Source: Eledone cirrhosa (Eukaryota). Taken from it: a stretch of 64,000 nt of DNA. Position numbers and translations under genes: made by a program. Below, in pieces: positions 42,801 through 56,500 of the stretch (its first letter is position 1; every line of letters starts with the position of its first letter). Below the pieces are notes generated by a model that was not told the DNA's origin, made no database searches, and saw nothing but the letters and a program-made list of their open reading frames with translations. The stretch covers positions 27,838,001-27,902,000 of the forward strand of contig OZ024744.1 of assembly GCA_964016885.1 (NCBI GenBank), read 5' to 3'.

Positions 42801-45800
42801 TTGTTGTTGTTGTCGCTGTTATAACTGTTATTGTGACTGTTGTTGTTGTTGTTGTCGCTGTTATAACTGTTATTGTCATTGTTGTTGTTGTCGCTGTTAT
42901 CACTCTTATTGACACTGTTGTTGCTGTTGTTCTCGCTGTTATCACTGTTATTGTCACTGTTGTTGTTGTTCTCGCTGTTACCACTGCTATTGTCAATGTT
43001 GTTGTTGTTGTAGCTGTTATAACTGTTATTGTCACTGTTGTTGTTGTTGTCGCTGTTATAACTCTTATTGTCACTGTTGTTGTTGTTCTCGCTGTTATCA
43101 CTGTTATTGTCATTGTTGTTGTTGTCGCTGTTATCACTGTTATTGTCATTGTTGTTGTTGTCGCTGTTATTACTGTTATTGTCACTGTTGTTGTTGTTCA
43201 CGCTGTTATCACTGTTATTGTCACTGTTGTTGTTCTTCTCGCTGTTATCACTGTTATTGTCACTGTTGTTGTCGCTGTTATCACTGTTATTGTCACTGTT
43301 GTTATTGTTGTTGTTGCTGTTATCACTGTTATTGTCATTGTTGTTGTTGTCGCTGTTATCACTGTTATTGTCACTGTTGTTGTCGCTGTTATCACTGTTA
43401 TTGTCACTGTTGTTATTGTTGTTGTTGCTGTTATCACTGTTATTGTCATTGTTGTTGTTGTCGCTGTCATCACTGTTATTTTCATTGTTTTTGTTGTTGT
43501 TCTCGCATTTATCACTGTTATTGTCAGTGTTGTTGTTCTTGTTCTCGCTGTTATCACTGTCGTCGTCACTGTTGTTGTTGTTGTCGCTGTTATAACTGTT
43601 ATTGTGACTGTTGTTGTTGTTGTTGTCGCTGTTATAACTGTTATTGTCATTGTTGTTGTTGTCGCTGTTATCACTCTTATTGACACTGTTGTTGCTGTTG
43701 TTCTCGCTGTTATCACTGTTATTGTCACTGTTGTTGTTGTTCTCGCTGTTACCACTGCTATTGTCAATGTTGTTGTTGTTGTCGCTGTTATAACTGTTAT
43801 TGTCACTGTTGTTGTTGTTGTCGCTGTTATAACTCTTATTGTCACTGTTGTTGTTGTTCTCGCTGTTATCACTGTTATTGTCATTGTTGTTGTTGTCGCT
43901 GTTATCACTGTTATTGTCATTGTTGTTGTTGTCGCTGTTATTACTGTTATTGTCACTGTTGTTGTTGTTCACGCTGTTATCACTGTTATTGTCACTGTTG
44001 TTGTTCTTCTCGCTGTTATCACTGTTATTGTTACTGTTGTTGTCGCTGTTATCACTGTTATTGTCACTGTTGTTATTGTTGTTGTTGCTGTTATCACTGT
44101 TATTGTCATTGTTGTTGTTGTCGCTGTTATCACTGCTATTGTCATTGTTGTTGTTGTTGTCGCTGTTATCACTGTGATTGTCATTGTTGTTGTTGTTGTT
44201 GTTCTCGCTGTTATCACCGTTATTGTCATTGTTGTTGTAGTGGCTGTTATCACTGTTATTGTCACTGTTGTTGTCGCTGTTATCACTGTTATTTTCATTG
44301 TTGTTGTTGTTGTTCTCTCTGTTATCATTGTTATTGTCACTGTTATTGTCACTGTTGTTGTTGTTCTCGCTGTTATAACTGTTATTGTGACTGTTGTTGT
44401 TGTCGCTGTTATAACTGTTATTGTCATTGTTGTTGTTGTTGTCGCTGTTATCACTGTTATTAACACTGTTGTTGTTGTTGTTCTCGCTGTTATCACTGTT
44501 ATTGTCACTGTTGTTGTTGTTGTCGCTGTTATAACTGTTATTGTCACTGTTGTTGTTGTCGTTGTTATCACTGTTATTGTCATTAATGTTGTTCGCGCTG
44601 TTATCACTGGTATTGACACTGTTGTTGTTGTTGTCAATGTTATAACTGTTATTGTCTCTGTTGATGTTGTTGTTGTCGCTGTTATAACTGTTATTGTCAC
44701 TGTTGTTGTTGTCGCTATTATAACTCTTATTGTCACTGTTGTTGTTGTTGTCGTTGTTATCACTGTTATTGTCATTATTGTTGTTGTCGCTGTTATTACT
44801 GTTATTGTCATTGTTGTTGTTGTTGTCGCTGTTATCACTGTTATTGTCGCTGTTGTTGTTGTCGCTGTTATAACTGTTATTGTCACTATTGCTTTTGTTG
44901 TCGCTCTTATCACTCTTATTGTCATTGTTGTTGTTGTTCTCGCTGCTATCCCTGTTATTGTCATTGTTGTTGTTGTTGTACTCGCTGTTATCACTGTTAT
45001 TGTCATTGTTGTTGTTGTTGTCGCTGTTATCACTGTTATTGTCACTGTTTTTGTTGTTGTCGCTATTATCACTGTTATTTTCATTGTTTTTGTTGTTGTT
45101 CTCGCATTTATCACTGTTATTGTCAGTGTTGTTGTTGTTGTTCTCGCTGTTATCACTGTTGTCGTCACTGTTGTTGTTGTTCTCGCTGTTATCACTGTTA
45201 TTGTCACTGTTGTTGTTCTTCTCGCTGTTATCACTGTTATTGTCATTGTTGTTGTTGTTGTGTTCGCTGTTATAACTGTTATTGTCATTGTTGTTGTTGT
45301 TGTTGTCGCTGTTATCACTGTTATTGTCACTGTTGTTGTTGTCGCTGGTATAACTGTTATTGTCACTGTTGTTTTTGTTGTTGTCGCTGTTATCACTGTT
45401 ATTGTCACTGTTGTTGTTCTCGCTGTTATAACTGTTATTCTCACTGTTGTTTTTCTGGCTGTTATCACTGGTATTGACACTGTTGTTGTTTTTATTGTCG
45501 CTGTTAGAACTGTTATTGTCACTGTTGTTATTGTTGTTGTCGCTGTTATAACTGTTATTGTCACTGTTGTTGTTGTTCTCGCTGTTATCACTGTTATTGT
45601 CATTGTTGTTGTTGTCGCTGTTATCACTGTTATTGTCATTGTTGTTGTTGTCGCTGTTATCACTCTTATTGTCACTGTTGTTGTTGTTCTCGCTGTTATC
45701 ACTGTTATTGTCACTGTTGTTCTTCTCGCTGTTATCACTGTTATTGTCATTGTTGTTGTTGTTGTTGTTGTCGCTGTTATCACTGTTATTGTCACTGTTG

Positions 45801-46909
45801 TTGTTGTCGCTGCTATAACTGTTATTGTCACTGTTGTTTTTGTTGTTGTCGCTGTTATCACTGTTATTGTCACTGTTGTTGTTGTCGCTGTTATAACTGT
45901 TATTGTCACTGTTGTTGTTGTTGTCACTGTTATCACTGTTATTGTCATTGTTGTTGTTGTCGCTGTTATCACTGTTATTGTCACTGTTGCTGTTGTGTTC
46001 GCTGTTATCTCTGTTATTGTCATTGTTGTTGTCGCTGTTATAACTGTTATTGTCATTGTTGTTGTTGTTGTTGTTGCTGTTATAACTGTTACTGTCACTG
46101 TTGTTGTTGTTGTCGCTGTTATCACTGTTATTTTCATTGTTGTTGTCGCTGTTATCACTGTTATTGTCACTGTTGTTGTTGTTGTTGTCGCTGTTATCAC
46201 TGTTATTGTCACTGTTGTTGTTGTCACTGTTATAAATGTTATTATCACTGTTGTCGTTGTTGTCGCTGTTATCACTGTTATTGTCACTGTTGTTGTTGTC
46301 GCTGTCATAACTGTTCTTTTCACTGTTGTTGTTGTTGTTCTCGCTGTTATCACTGTTATTGTCACTGTTGTTATTGTTGTTGTTGCTGTTATCACTGTTA
46401 TTGTCACTGTTGTAGTTGTTGTCGCTGTTATCACTGTTATTGTCATTGTTGTTGTTGTCGCTGTAATCACTGTTATTGTCACTGTTGTTGTTGTTCTCGC
46501 TGTTATCACTGTTATTGTCACTGTTGTTGTTCTTCTCGCTGTTATCACTGTTATTGTCATTGTTGTTGTTGTTGTGTTCGCTGTTATAACTGTTATTGTC
46601 ATTGTTGTTGTTGTTGTTGTCGCTGTTATCACTGTTATTGTCACCGTTGTTGTTGTCGCTGGTATAACTGTTATTGTCACTGTTGTTTTTGTTGTTGTCG
46701 CTGTTATCACTGTTATTGTCACTGTTGTTGTTGTCGCTGTTATAACTGTTATTGTCACTGTTGTTGTTGTTGTCACTGTTATCACTGTTATTGTCACTGT
46801 TGTTGTTGTTCCCGCTGTTATCACTTATTGTCATTGTTGTTGTTGTCGCTGTTATCACTGTTATTGTCACTGTTGCTGTTGTTGTCGCTGTTATATCTGT
46901 TATTGTCAT

Positions 46910-47570
46910 TGTTGTTGTCGCTGTTATAACTGTTATTGTCATTGTTGTTGTTGTTGTTGTTGCTGTTATAACTGTTACTGTCATTGTTGTTGTTGTTGTC
47001 GCTGGTATCACTGTTATTGTCACTGTTGTTGTTGTTGTTGTTGTTGTCGCTGTTATCACTGTTATTGTCACTGTTGTTGTTGTCGTCACTGTTATAAATG
47101 TTATTGTCACTGTTGTCGTTGTTGTCGCTGTTATCACTGTTATTGTCACTGTTGTTGTTGTTGTCGCTGTCATAACTGTTCTTTTCACAGTTGTTGTTGT
47201 TGTTCTCGCTGTTATCACTGTTATTGTCCCTGTTGTTGTCGCTGTTATAACTGTTATTGTCATTGTTGTTGTTGTTGTTGTTGCTGTTATAACTGTTATT
47301 GTCATTGTTGTTGTTGTTGTCGCTGGTATCACTGTTATTGTCACTGTTGTTGTTGTTGTTGTTGTTGTCGCTGTTATCACTGTTATTGTCACTGTTGTTG
47401 TTGTCGTCACTGTTATAAATGTTATTGTCACTGTTGTCGTTGTTGTCGCTGTTATCACTGTTATTGTCACTGTTGTTGTTGTTGTCGCTGTCATAACTGT
47501 TCTTTTCACAGTTGTTGTTGTTGTTCTCGCTGTTATCACTGTTATTGTCCCTGTTGTTGTCGCTGTTATC
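46910..47570 (+). repeat. About 320-bp nested duplication within the HOR (also at about 52885-53530)
   Basis: gctggtatcact occurs at 47001/47322 (321) and 52965/53283 (318). It is single-copy at 32223 and 58645. Confidence 0.82.
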
Positions 47571-50500
47571 ACTGTTATTGTCACTGTTGTTATTGTTGTT
47601 GTTGCTGTTATTACTGTTATTGTCACTGTTGTAGTTGTTGTTGCTGTTATAACTGTTATTGTCACTGTTGTTGTTGTTGCTGTCGCTCTTATCACTGTTA
47701 TTGTCATTGTTGTTGTTGTGGCTGTTATCACTGTTATTGTCACTGTTGTTGTCGCTGTTATCACTGTTATTTTCATTGTTGTTGTTGTTGTTCTCTCTGT
47801 TATCACTGTTATTGTCACTGTTATTGTCACTGTTATTGTCACTGTTATTGTCACTGTTGTTGTTGTTCTCGCTGTTATAACTGTTATTGTGACTGTTGTT
47901 GTTGTCGCTGTTATAACTGTTATTGTCATTGTTGTTGTTGGTGTCGCTGTTATCACTGTTATTAACACTGTTTTTGTTGTTGTTCTCGCTGTTACCACTG
48001 TTATTTCACTGTTGTTGTTGTTGTCGCTGTTATCACTGTTATTGTCACTGTTTTTGTTGTTGTCGCTATTATCACTGTTATTGTCACTGTTGTTTTTGTT
48101 GTTGTCGCTGTTATCACTGTTATTTTCATTGTTTTTGTTGTCGTTCTCGCATTTATCACTGTTATTGTCAGTGTTGTTGTTGTTGTTCTCGCTGTTATCA
48201 CTGTTGTCGTCACTGTTGTTGTTGTTCTCTCTGTTATCACGGTTATTGTCACTGTTGTTGTTCTTCTCGCTGTTATCAATGTTATTGTCATTGTTGTTGT
48301 TGTTGTGTTCGCTGTTATAACTGTTATTGTAACTGTTGTTTTTGTTGTTGTCGCTATTATCACTGTTATTGTCACTGCTGTTGTTCTGGCTGTTATCACT
48401 GGTATTGACACTGTTGTTGTTTTTATTGTCGCTGTTAGAACTGTTATTGTCACTGTTGTTATTGTTGTTGTCGCTGTTATAACTGTTATTGTCACTGTTG
48501 TTGTTGATGTTCTCGCTGTTATCACTGTTATTGTCATTGTTGTTGTTGTCGCTGTTATCACTGTTATTGTCATTGTTGTTGTCGCTGTTATCACTGTTAT
48601 TGTCACTGTTGTTGTTGTTCTCGCTGTTATCACTGTTATTGTCACTGTTCTTCTCGCTGTTATCACTGTTATTGTCATTGTTGTTGCTGTTGTATTCGCT
48701 GTTATAACTGTTATTGTCATTGTTGTTGTTGTTGTCGCTGTTATCACTGTTATTGTCACTGTTGTTGTTGTCGCTGGTATAACTGTTATTGTCACTGTTG
48801 TTTTTGTTGTTGTCGCTGTTATCACTGTTATTGTCACTGTTGTTTTTGTCGCTGCTATAACTGTTATTATCACTGTTGTTGTTGTTGTCACTGTTATCAC
48901 TGTTATTGTCACTGTTGTTGTTGTTCTCGCTGTTATCACTGTTATTGTCATTGTTGTTGTTGTCGCTGTTATCACTGTTATTGTCACTGTTGCTGTTGTT
49001 GTCGCTGTTATCTCTGTTATTGTCATTGTTGTTGTCGCTGTTATAACTGTTATTGTCATTGTTGTTGTTGTTGTTGTTGTTGCTGTTATAACTGTTACCG
49101 TGACTGTTGTTGTTGTTGTCGCTGTTATCACTGTTATTTTCATTGTTGTTGTTGTCGCTGTTATCACTGTTATTGTCACTGTTGTTGTTGTCGCTCTTAT
49201 CACTGTTATTGTCGCTGTTATCACTGTTATTGTCACTGTTGTTATTGTTGTTGTTGCTGTTATCACTGTTATTGTCACTGTTGTAGTTGTCGCTGTTATA
49301 ACTGTTATTGTCACTGTTGTTGTTCTTGCTGTCGCTGTTATCACTGTTATTGTCATTGTTGTTGTTGTTGTGGCTGTTATCACTGTTATTGTCACTGTTG
49401 TTGTCGCTGTTATCACTGTTATTTTCATTGTTGTTGTTGTTGTTCTCTCTGTTATCACTGTTATTGTCACTGTTATTGTCACTGTTATTGTCACTGTTGT
49501 TGTTGTTCTCGCTGTTATAACTGTTATTGTGTCTGTTGTTGTTGTCGCTGTTATAACTGTTATTGTCATTGTTGTTGTTGTTGTCACTGTTATCACTGTT
49601 ATTAACATTGTTGTTGTTGTTCTCGCTGTTATCACTGTTATTGTCACTGTTGTTGTTGTTGTCGCTGTTATAACTGTTATTGTCACTGTTGTTGTTGTCG
49701 CTGTTATCACTGTTATTGTCACTGTTGTTGTTGTCGCTGTTATCACTGTTATTGTCACTGTTGCTGTTGTTGCTGTCGCTGTTATCACTGTTATTGTCAT
49801 TGTTGCTCTTGTACTCGCTGTTATTACTGTTATTGTTGTTGTTGTTGTGGCTGTTATCACTGTTATTGTCACTGTTGTTGTCGCTGTTATCACTGTTATT
49901 TTCATTGTTGTTGTTGTTGTTCTCAGTGTTATCACTGTTATTGTCACTGTTATTTTCACTGTTGTTGTTGTTCTCGCTGTTATAACTGTTATTGTGACTG
50001 TTGTTGTTGTCTCTGTTATAACTGTTATTGTCATTGTTGTTGTTGTTGTCGCTGTTATCACTGTTATTAACACTGTTGTTGTTGTTGTTCTCGCTGTTAT
50101 CACTGTTATTGTCACTGTTGTTGTTGTCGCTGTTATAACTGTTATTGTCACTGTTGTTGTTGCTGTTGTCGCTGTCATAACTCTTATTGTCACTGTTGTT
50201 GTTGTTGTCGTTGTTATCACTGTTATTTTCATTATTGTTGTTCTCGCTGTTATCACTGGTATTGACACTGTTGTTGTTGTTGTTGTCGCTGTTATAACTG
50301 TTATTGTCTCTGTTGATGTTGTTGTTTTCGCTGTTATAACTGTTATTGTCACTGTTGTTGTTGTCGCTGTTATAACTCTTATTGTCACTGTTGTTGTTGT
50401 TGTCGTCGTTGTTATCACTGTTATTGTAATTATTGTTGTTGTCGCTGTTATCACTGTTATTGTCATTGTTGTTGTTGTTGTCGCTGTTATCACTGTTATT

Positions 50501-53500
50501 GTCCCTGTTGTTGTTGTCGCTGTTATAACTGTTATTGGCACTATTGCTTTTGTTGTTGTCGCTCTTATCACTCTTATTGTCATTGTTGTTGTTGTTCTCG
50601 CTGTTATCCCTGTTATTTTCATTGTTGTTGTTGTTGTACTCGCTGTTATCACTGTTATTGTCATTGTTGTTGTTGTTGTCGCTGTTATCACTGTTATTGT
50701 CACTGTTTTTGTTGTTGTCGCTATTATCACTGTTATTGTCACTGTTGTTTTTGTTGTTGTCGCTGTCATCACTGTTATTTTCATTGTTTTTGTTGTTGTT
50801 CTCGCATTTATCACTGTTATTGTCAGTGTTGTTGTTCTTGTTCTCGCTGTTATCACTGTCGTCGTCACTGTTGTTGTTGTTGTCGCTGTTATAACTGTTA
50901 TTGTGACTGTTGTTGTTGTTGTTGTTGTTGTCGCTGTTATAACTGTTATTGTCATTGTTGTTGTTGTCGCTGTTATCACTCTTATTGACACTGTTGTTGC
51001 TGTTGTTCTCGCTGTTATCACTGTTATTGTCACTGTTGTTGTTGTTCTCGCTGTTACCACTGCTATTGTCAATGTTGTTGTTGTTGTCGCTGTTATAACT
51101 GTTATTGTCACTGTTGTTGTTGTTGTCGCTGTTATAACTCTTATTGTCACTGTTGTTGTTGTTCTCGCTGTTATCACTGTTATTGTCATTGTTGTTGTTA
51201 TCGCTGTTATCACTGTTATTGTCATTGTTGTTGTTGTCGCTGTTATTACTGTTATTGTCACTGTTGTTGTTGTTCACGCTGTTATCACTGTTATTGTCAC
51301 TGTTGTTGTTCTTCTCGCTGTTATCACTGTTATTGTCACTGTTGTTGTCGCTGTTATCACTGTTATTGTCACTGTTGTTATTGTTGTTGTTGCTGTTATC
51401 ACTGTTATTGTCATTGTTGTTGTTGTCGCTGTTATCACTGTTATTGTCACTGTTGTTGTCGCTGTTATCACTGGTATTGACACTGTTGTTGTTTTTATTG
51501 TCGCTGTTAGAACTGTTATTGTCACTGTTGTTATTGTTGTTGTCGCTGTTATAACTGTTATTGTCACTGTTGTTGTTGTTCTCGCTGTTATCACTGTTAT
51601 TGTCATTGTTGTTGTTGTCGCTGTTATCACTGTTATTGTCATTGTTGTTGTTGTCGCTGTTATCACTCTTATTGTCACTGTTGTTGTTGTTCTCGCTGTT
51701 ATCACTGTTATTGTCACTGTTGTTCTTCTCGCTGTTATCACTGTTATTGTCATTGTTGTTGTTGTTGTTGTTGTCGCTGTTATCACTGTTATTGTCACTG
51801 TTGTTGTTGTCGCTGCTATAACTGTTATTGTCACTGTTGTTTTTGTTGTTGTCGCTGTTATCACTGTTATTGTCACTGTTGTTGTTGTCGCTGTTATAAC
51901 TGTTATTGTCACTGTTGTTGTTGTTGTCACTGTTATCACTGTTATTGTCATTGTTGTTGTTGTCGCTGTTATCACTGTTATTGTCACTGTTGCTGTTGTT
52001 GTCGCTGTTATCTCTGTTATTGTCATTGTTGTTGTCGCTGTTATAACTGTTATTGTCATTGTTGTTGTTGTTGTTGTTGCTGTTATAACTGTTACTGTCA
52101 CTGTTGTTGTCGCTGTTATCACTGTTATTTTCATTGTTGTTGTCGCTGTTATCACTGTTATTGTCACTGTTGTTGTTGTTGTTGTCGCTGTTATCACTGT
52201 TATTGTCACTGTTGTTGTTGTCACTGTTATAAATGTTATTATCACTGTTGTCGTTGTTGTCGCTGTTATCACTGTTATTGTCACTGTTGTTGTTGTCGCT
52301 GTCATAACTGTTCTTTTCACTGTTGTTGTTGTTGTTATTGTTGTTGTTGCTGTTATCACTGTTATTGTCACTGTTGTAGTTGTTGTCGCTGTTATCACTG
52401 TTATTGTCATTGTTGTTGTTGTCGCTGTAATCACTGTTATTGTCACTGTTGTTGTTGTTCTCGCTGTTATCACTGTTATTGTCACTGTTGTTGTTCTTCT
52501 CGCTGTTATCACTGTTATTGTCATTGTTGTTGTTGTTGTGTTCGCTGTTATAACTGTTATTGTCATTGTTGTTGTTGTTGTTGTCGCTGTTATCACTGTT
52601 ATTGTCACCGTTGTTGTTGTCGCTGGTATAACTGTTATTGTCACTGTTGTTTTTGTTGTTGTCGCTGTTATCACTGTTATTGTCACTGTTGTTGTTGTCG
52701 CTGTTATAACTGTTATTGTCACTGTTGTTGTTGTTGTCACTGTTATCACTGTTATTGTCACTGTTGTTGTTGTTCCCGCTGTTATCACTTATTGTCATTG
52801 TTGTTGTTGTCGCTGTTATCACTGTTATTGTCACTGTTGCTGTTGTTGTCGCTGTTATATCTGTTATTGTCATTGTTGTTGTCACTGTTATAACTGTTAT
52901 TGTCATTGTTGTTGTTGTTGTTGTTGCTGTTATAACTGTTACTGTCATTGTTGTTGTTGTTGTCGCTGGTATCACTGTTATTGTCACTGTTGTTGTTGTT
53001 GTTGTTGTTGTCGCTGTTATCACTGTTATTGTCACTGTTGTTGTTGTCGTCACTGTTATAAATGTTATTGTCACTGTTGTCGTTGTTGTCGCTGTTATCA
53101 CTGTTATTGTCACTGTTGTTGTTGTTGTCGCTGTCATAACTGTTCTTTTCACAGTTGTTGTTGTTGTTCTCGCTGTTATCACTGTTATTGTCCCTGTTGT
53201 TGTCGCTGTTATAACTGTTATTGTCATTGTTGTTGTTGTTGTTGCTGTTATAACTGTTACTGTCATTGTTGTTGTTGTTGTCGCTGGTATCACTGTTATT
53301 GTCACTGTTGTTGTTGTTGTTGTTGTTGTCGCTGTTATCACTGTTATTGTCACTGTTGTTGTTGTCGTCACTGTTATAAATGTTATTGTCACTGTTGTCG
53401 TTGTTGTCGCTGTTATCACTGTTATTGTCACTGTTGTTGTTGTTGTCGCTGTCATAACTGTTCTTTTCACAGTTGTTGTTGTTGTTCTCGCTGTTATCAC

Positions 53501-56500
53501 TGTTATTGTCCCTGTTGTTGTCGCTGTTATCACTGTTATTGTCACTGTTGTTATTGTTGTTGTTGCTGTTATTACTGTTATTGTCACTGTTGTAGTTGTT
53601 GTTGCTGTTATAACTGTTATTGTCACTGTTGTTGTTGTTGCTGTCGCTCTTATCACTGTTATTGTCATTGTTGTTGTTGTGGCTGTTATCACTGTTATTG
53701 TCACTGTTGTTGTCGCTGTTATCACTGTTATTTTCATTGTTGTTGTTGTTGTTCTCTCTGTTATCACTGTTATTGTCACTGTTATTGTCACTGTTATTGT
53801 CACTGTTGTTGTTGTTCTCGCTGTTATAACTGTTATTGTGACTGTTGTTGTTGTCGCTGTTATAACTGTTATTGTCATTGTTGTTGTTGGTGTCGCTGTT
53901 ATCACTGTTATTAACACTGTTTTTGTTGTTGTTCTCGCTGTTACCACTGTTATTTCACTGTTGTTGTTGTTGTCGCTGTTATCACTGTTATTGTCACTGT
54001 TTTTGTTGTTGTCGCTATTATCACTGTTATTGTCACTGTTGTTTTTGTTGTTGTCGCTGTTATCACTGTTATTTTCATTGTTTTTGTTGTCGTTCTCGCA
54101 TTTATCACTGTTATTGTCAGTGTTGTTGTTGTTGTTCTCGCTGTTATCACTGTTGTCGTCACTGTTGTTGTTGTTCTCTCTGTTATCACGGTTATTGTCA
54201 CTGTTGTTGTTCTTCTCGCTGTTATCAATGTTATTGTCATTGTTGTTGTTGTTGTGTTCGCTGTTATAACTGTTATTGTAACTGTTGTTTTTGTTGTTGT
54301 CGCTATTATCACTGTTATTGTCACTGCTGTTGTTCTGGCTGTTATCACTGGTATTGACACTGTTGTTGTTTTTATTGTCGCTGTTAGAACTGTTATTGTC
54401 ACTGTTGTTATTGTTGTTGTCGCTGTTATAACTGTTATTGTCACTGTTGTTGTTGATGTTCTCGCTGTTATCACTGTTATTGTCATTGTTGTTGTTGTCG
54501 CTGTTATCACTGTTATTGTCATTGTTGTTGTTGTCGCTGTTATCACTGTTATTGTCACTGTTGTTGTTGTTCTCGCTGTTATCACTGTTATTGTCACTGT
54601 TCTTCTCGCTGTTATCACTGTTATTGTCATTGTTGTTGCTGTTGTATTCGCTGTTATAACTGTTATTGTCATTGTTGTTGTTGTTGTCGCTGTTATCACT
54701 GTTATTGTCACTGTTGTTGTTGTCGCTGGTATAACTGTTATTGTCACTGTTGTTTTTGTTGTTGTCGCTGTTATCACTGTTATTGTCACTGTTGTTTTTG
54801 TCGCTGCTATAACTGTTATTATCACTGTTGTTGTTGTTGTCACTGTTATCACTGTTATTGTCACTGTTGTTGTTGTTCTCGCTGTTATCACTGTTATTGT
54901 CATTGTTGTTGTTGTCGCTGTTATCACTGTTATTGTCACTGTTGCTGTTGTTGTCGCTGTTATCTCTGTTATTGTCATTGTTGTTGTCGCTGTTATAACT
55001 GTTATTGTCATTGTTGTTGTTGTTGTTGTTGTTGCTGTTATAACTGTTACCGTGACTGTTGTTGTTGTTGTCGCTGTTATCACTGTTATTTTCATTGTTG
55101 TTGTTGTCGCTGTTATCACTGTTATTGTCACTGTTGTTGTTGTCGCTCTTATCACTGTTATTGTCGCTGTTATCACTGTTATTGTCACTGTTGTTATTGT
55201 TGTTGTTGCTGTTATCACTGTTATTGTCACTGTTGTAGTTGTCGCTGTTATAACTGTTATTGTCACTGTTGTTGTTCTTGCTGTCGCTGTTATCACTGTT
55301 ATTGTCATTGTTGTTGTTGTTGTGGCTGTTATCACTGTTATTGTCACTGTTGTTGTCGCTGTTATCACTGTTATTTTCATTGTTGTTGTTGTTGTTCTCT
55401 CTGTTATCACTGTTATTGTCACTGTTATTGTCACTGTTATTGTCACTGTTGTTGTTGTTCTCGCTGTTATAACTGTTATTGTGTCTGTTGTTGTTGTCGC
55501 TGTTATAACTGTTATTGTCATTGTTGTTGTTGTTGTCACTGTTATCACTGTTATTAACATTGTTGTTGTTGTTCTCGCTGTTATCACTGTTATTCACTGT
55601 TGTTGTTGTTGTCGCTGTTATAACTGTTATTGTCACTGTTGTTGTTGTCGCTGTTATCACTGTTATTGTCACTGTTGTTGTTGTCGCTGTTATCACTGTT
55701 ATTGTCACTGTTGCTGTTGTTGCTGTCGCTGTTATCACTGTTATTGTCATTGTTGCTCTTGTACTCGCTGTTATTACTGTTATTGTTGTTGTTGTTGTGG
55801 CTGTTATCACTGTTATTGTCACTGTTGTTGTCGCTGTTATCACTGTTATTTTCATTGTTGTTGTTGTTGTTCTCAGTGTTATCACTGTTATTGTCACTGT
55901 TATTTTCACTGTTGTTGTTGTTCTCGCTGTTATAACTGTTATTGTGACTGTTGTTGTTGTCTCTGTTATAACTGTTATTGTCACTGTTGTTGTTGTTGTC
56001 GCTGTTATAACTCTTATTGTCACTGTTGTTGTTGTTCTCGCTGTTATCACTGTTATTGTCATTGTTGTTGTTGTCGCTGTTATCACTGTTATTGTCATTG
56101 TTGTTGTTGTCGCTGTTATTACTGTTATTGTCACTGTTGTTGTTGTTCACGCTGTTATCACTGTTATTGTCACTGTTGTTGTTCTTCTCGCTGTTATCAC
56201 TGTTATTGTCACTGTTGTTGTCGCTGTTATCACTGTTATTGTCACTGTTGTTATTGTTGTTGTTGCTGTTATCACTGTTATTGTCATTGTTGTTGTTGTC
56301 GCTGTTATCACTGCTATTGTCATTGTTGTTGTTGTTGTCGCTGTTATCACTGTGATTGTCATTGTTGTTGTTGTTGTTGTTGTTCTCGCTGTTATCACCG
56401 TTATTGTCATTGTTGTTGTAGTGGCTGTTATCACTGTTATTGTCACTGTTGTTGTCGCTGTTATCACTGTTATTTTCATTGTTGTTGTTGTTGTTCTCTC

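Larger units (their letters stand above)
29384..56134 (-). other. 26.7-kb stop-free frame (Asn/Ser/Asp-rich with Thr-rich inserts); coding status unsupported
   Basis: It appears in the ORF track (8916 aa). It has no non-repetitive domain, signal peptide or splice context. The confidence value is the probability that it is really translated. Confidence 0.08.
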
